Assembly (NCBI RefSeq): GCF_009914755.1
Contig: NC_060938.1
Length of the DNA stretch: 64,000 nt
Strand: one strand, 5' to 3'
Source: the human T2T-CHM13v2.0 reference genome, Homo sapiens
The position numbers and the translations under genes are program-made. A model generated the notes under the pieces. It was not told the origin of the DNA. It saw only the letters and a program-made list of their open reading frames with translations, and did not search any database. Shown here piece after piece: positions 59,259 through 64,000 of the stretch (position 1 is its first letter; each line of letters begins with the position of its first letter).

Positions 59259-59634
59259 TTGATACGTATTCGTGGGTAAGCAATTTTATACTATTTTATA
59301 AAACTGTTTTCAGCTGTTTTAGTCAGGGTCGGGTGCCAGGCACCTAGACACCCCCCTCCCCATTCCCAGGAAGGTTTTGGCCAAACCTGCATCCACCACC
59401 TTGGCATGCCAACGCATTCGAGGCCCTGGCAGGCCCCGACTCAACAGAACCGTCTCGCCCTCTACAGCCACCACAGCCACGTGGGCCAATACCCAGCACG
59501 TGCCCCACTGCCCCAAGCCTCTCTGCCGGCGTGGCTCTCCCCCAACCTCACTCTCAATACAAAAGGGACAGCACCGAAAGAACAAGGGAGGCCGGAATGG
59601 TGGCATTATTCAATCAAATATACAGAGTGCTTCC

Positions 59635-59640
59635 TTTAAT
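59635..59640 (-). terminator. JAG2: Proximal JAG2 poly(A) signal ATTAAA
   Basis: tttaat on plus; preceded in the mRNA by UGUA motifs and followed by U/GU-rich sequence. Confidence 0.75.
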
Positions 59641-60019
59641 ATGTACACATTTACAAAAATGCACTTTCACGAGGAGGGGCGGCCGGGGCCGGCAGGTGGG
59701 CAGCGCCTGGTGCCACGGCACGCGTGGACAGTTGCGAGGGGTCTGTGTGAAGGCACTTGTCACGAGCTTCAATACTGCCGCCGTCCCAGGATGGGAGAAC
59801 TGCGCAGCAGGAAGGGCACTTCTGAAAGCACAGTGGAGAGATCGCTGGAGCGGGCGTTCTGGGCAGGAGGAAGCACAGACGGCAGGCAGGGTGGACTGGC
59901 CAGCAAGCGCGAGGTTGACCTGCCGGCCTTGGGCCACGCCGATGACCTCAGGCCCCACTAACAACCACAGGTGCGTCAACAGCCACGGGCCGTGCCGGCA
60001 GCCAGGGCCACATCAATAA

Positions 60020-60159
60020 CCAGGGTCCCACCGACCACCGTAGGTCCCACCGACAGCCACAGGTCCCATTGACAGCCACGAGTCCTACCGACAGCCACAG
60101 GCCACACCATCAGCCACGGGTCCCACCAACAGCCATGGGCCACACCAACACAGCCATGG
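60020..60159. repeat. Degenerate 19-bp tandem repeat (about 7 copies) in the JAG2 3' UTR
   Basis: Recurring cagccacaggtcccaccga-like unit. Confidence 0.8.
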
Positions 60160-60391
60160 GTCTCACCGGCACTTTGGCCTGGAGCCACAGAGAAACCCGA
60201 GTGAGGAATAAAAGGAAGATTCTGTAAACAGTGCACAACCTCTGGTAACAAACGCTACGATTTGGTGACGACGCAGACACCCTTTGCTCTCTCCTTTCAT
60301 ACAGCGAGTGCCACGCACGGAAACTTTACAAAAATAGCAACTATCCGAGAATACTCCATTGTTTTCAGCCTGACAGTTACTGAATAATTTA

Positions 60392-61961
<1,570 letters not shown>

Positions 61962-62411
61962 TGTGTGGCCCCATTCGCTGACACCTGCTCCGTGATGGCC
62001 ATCCCTTCTTGTCAGTTCCCAGCCCCCACCCCCACCTATGGGCCACACCCCAGGGGCACCACAAACCTAGTGCCTTCACGAGGCCACAGCAACCCGGGGC
62101 TGTGCCCCTGCCTCCACCACATCCCTGATGGCGCCCTGACCTGTGCTGGCACACTTCTTACATCTTCCCCTGCCCCTACTGCCCTTCCATCACCCAGCAG
62201 CACCCATCCATGTCCCCCACCCCCTCTGCGGCCTCAGGGCACCAAAACACTGCACGTCCTTCCTGTGCCTGGCCATGGCCTCCACCAGCCACACTGTGCC
62301 ATGGCCACACCCACTGCTCTGCACACCCACCCACCATGTTCCAGAACATTCCCTCCCCTCTCCGGGCATGTCTCCACCCCAGTCTCACCCGACCCCCTTG
62401 GTATCCATTCA

Positions 62412-62972
<561 letters not shown>

Positions 62973-63590
62973 CTACATCCCTGGACTGGCGCTGTGGGTA
63001 CACGTGGGACACACCCTACAGCCCGCCCAGGAGAGCACAGCAAGGATGCCAAGGGCCTGGGGGGGCAGCTTCCCACCCGGCTGTGCCCTATACCAGGAGG
63101 CAGGAGTGACGGTGCCCACCCGCCCATCCTCAGGGCGGACCCAGCTCCACCTGCAGGCCAGTGGGGGAAGGAGAGGCAGGGCGGGGTACAGTGGGTCTCC
63201 TCCAGTTCTGAGCCCCTCCTGGGAGACAGGGGCCCAGCTCCAAGCACACAGCAGGCAAAGGTGGGTCCTAGGCCAGGGCAAAACTGCCCACGGAGCTGCA
63301 GCCCAAGAGCTGGGGCCAGGCAGCCATGGCGCCGTCAGTCCAGGCCCTCAGGGCAGCTGGACAAACAGGCACCCCCAGCTGGCTGCTCTCCCAGCCTCCT
63401 CTGCCACCTCCACCCAGCACCAGGCCCAATGCCCCTCTCATCTGACCCCACAGGGCCACTCTCTGTGACCAAGAGTGACTCTGCTCAGCCAACCAGGGCC
63501 TCCCTGCCCTGCGGGGCTAGGCTTTCGCCATGCCACGAGCAGATGCCGGCGTGTGGCCTCTGCAAGCTCAGATGCCACCAGGCCCCTCAC

Positions 63591-63833
63591 CTGGGGCACG
63601 TGGTCACGGTTGAAATGCAAGGTGAGGCGGGCACAGTTATTGTCCAGGTGGCCGGAGCGTGGCAGGCAGGGGGTGCTCGGTGGCTCTTCTGCGCCGCACT
63701 CCCCCCAGGCCTCACAGGGTGGTCGCAGACACTGGCCTGGGGCCTTCTCCAGGCACCTTTGCCCCAGTGGGCACTGGGCGCTCAGGGCCTCGGGCTGGCC
63801 GGCCAGCAGACAAGGCTTCCATCCGCACCACAC
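63591..63833 (-). CDS. JAG2: JAG2 coding exon (probably exon 23), cysteine-rich region, 81 codons
   Basis: Acceptor tgcccag|GTGTGG and donor CCCCAG|gtgagg; 243 nt, phase 0/0; translates [27 protein letters not shown]...HFNRDHVPQ, recognised as Jagged-2. Exon number is from recall of a 26-exon gene. Confidence 0.96.
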
Positions 63834-64000
63834 CTGGGCAGGCACGCACAGGAGGGTCAGGCGCAGGCGCACAGGAGGGTCAGATGCAGGCACACAGATG
63901 AGAACCCACAGGCAGGCACGGGCCCCATGCCAAGGAGGGACACCGCCCAAGTCTGTGAGCCCCAGGGCCCAGCCCACCCCCTACCCAGGGCTCCCAGGGA

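Overview
Primate, almost certainly human, genomic DNA. The right end holds the last four coding exons and 3' UTR of JAG2 (Jagged-2, a Notch ligand) on the minus strand. From recall this places the window at 14q32.33, on the GPR132 side of JAG2. The rest is intergenic: a GC-rich block (about 5-19 kb) with two CpG islands and a consensus CTCF site, then a repeat-dense block (about 19-54 kb) of Alu, L1, L2, MIR, MaLR and ERV1 pieces. An SVA 5' end sits at the left edge. Only the JAG2 exons are supportable coding sequence; the other long ORFs are GC-rich, low-complexity or Alu artefacts. The most unusual signals are four. (1) A non-Alu, CpG-rich, near-perfect 415-bp inverted repeat at 16465-16879 (177-bp arms, 4 mismatches), with an exact 21-nt copy of one arm about 700 bp upstream. 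(2) A 431-bp palindrome just past the JAG2 proximal poly(A) signal, whose stem contains the next AATAAA hexamers on both strands. (3) A 72-bp inverted copy of an ERV LTR/PBS junction inserted inside an AluJ. (4) A tailless 5S rRNA retrocopy with a target-site duplication. Repeat subfamily names and repeat boundaries are by eye and approximate. JAG2 splice boundaries and hairpin arms were read base by base.
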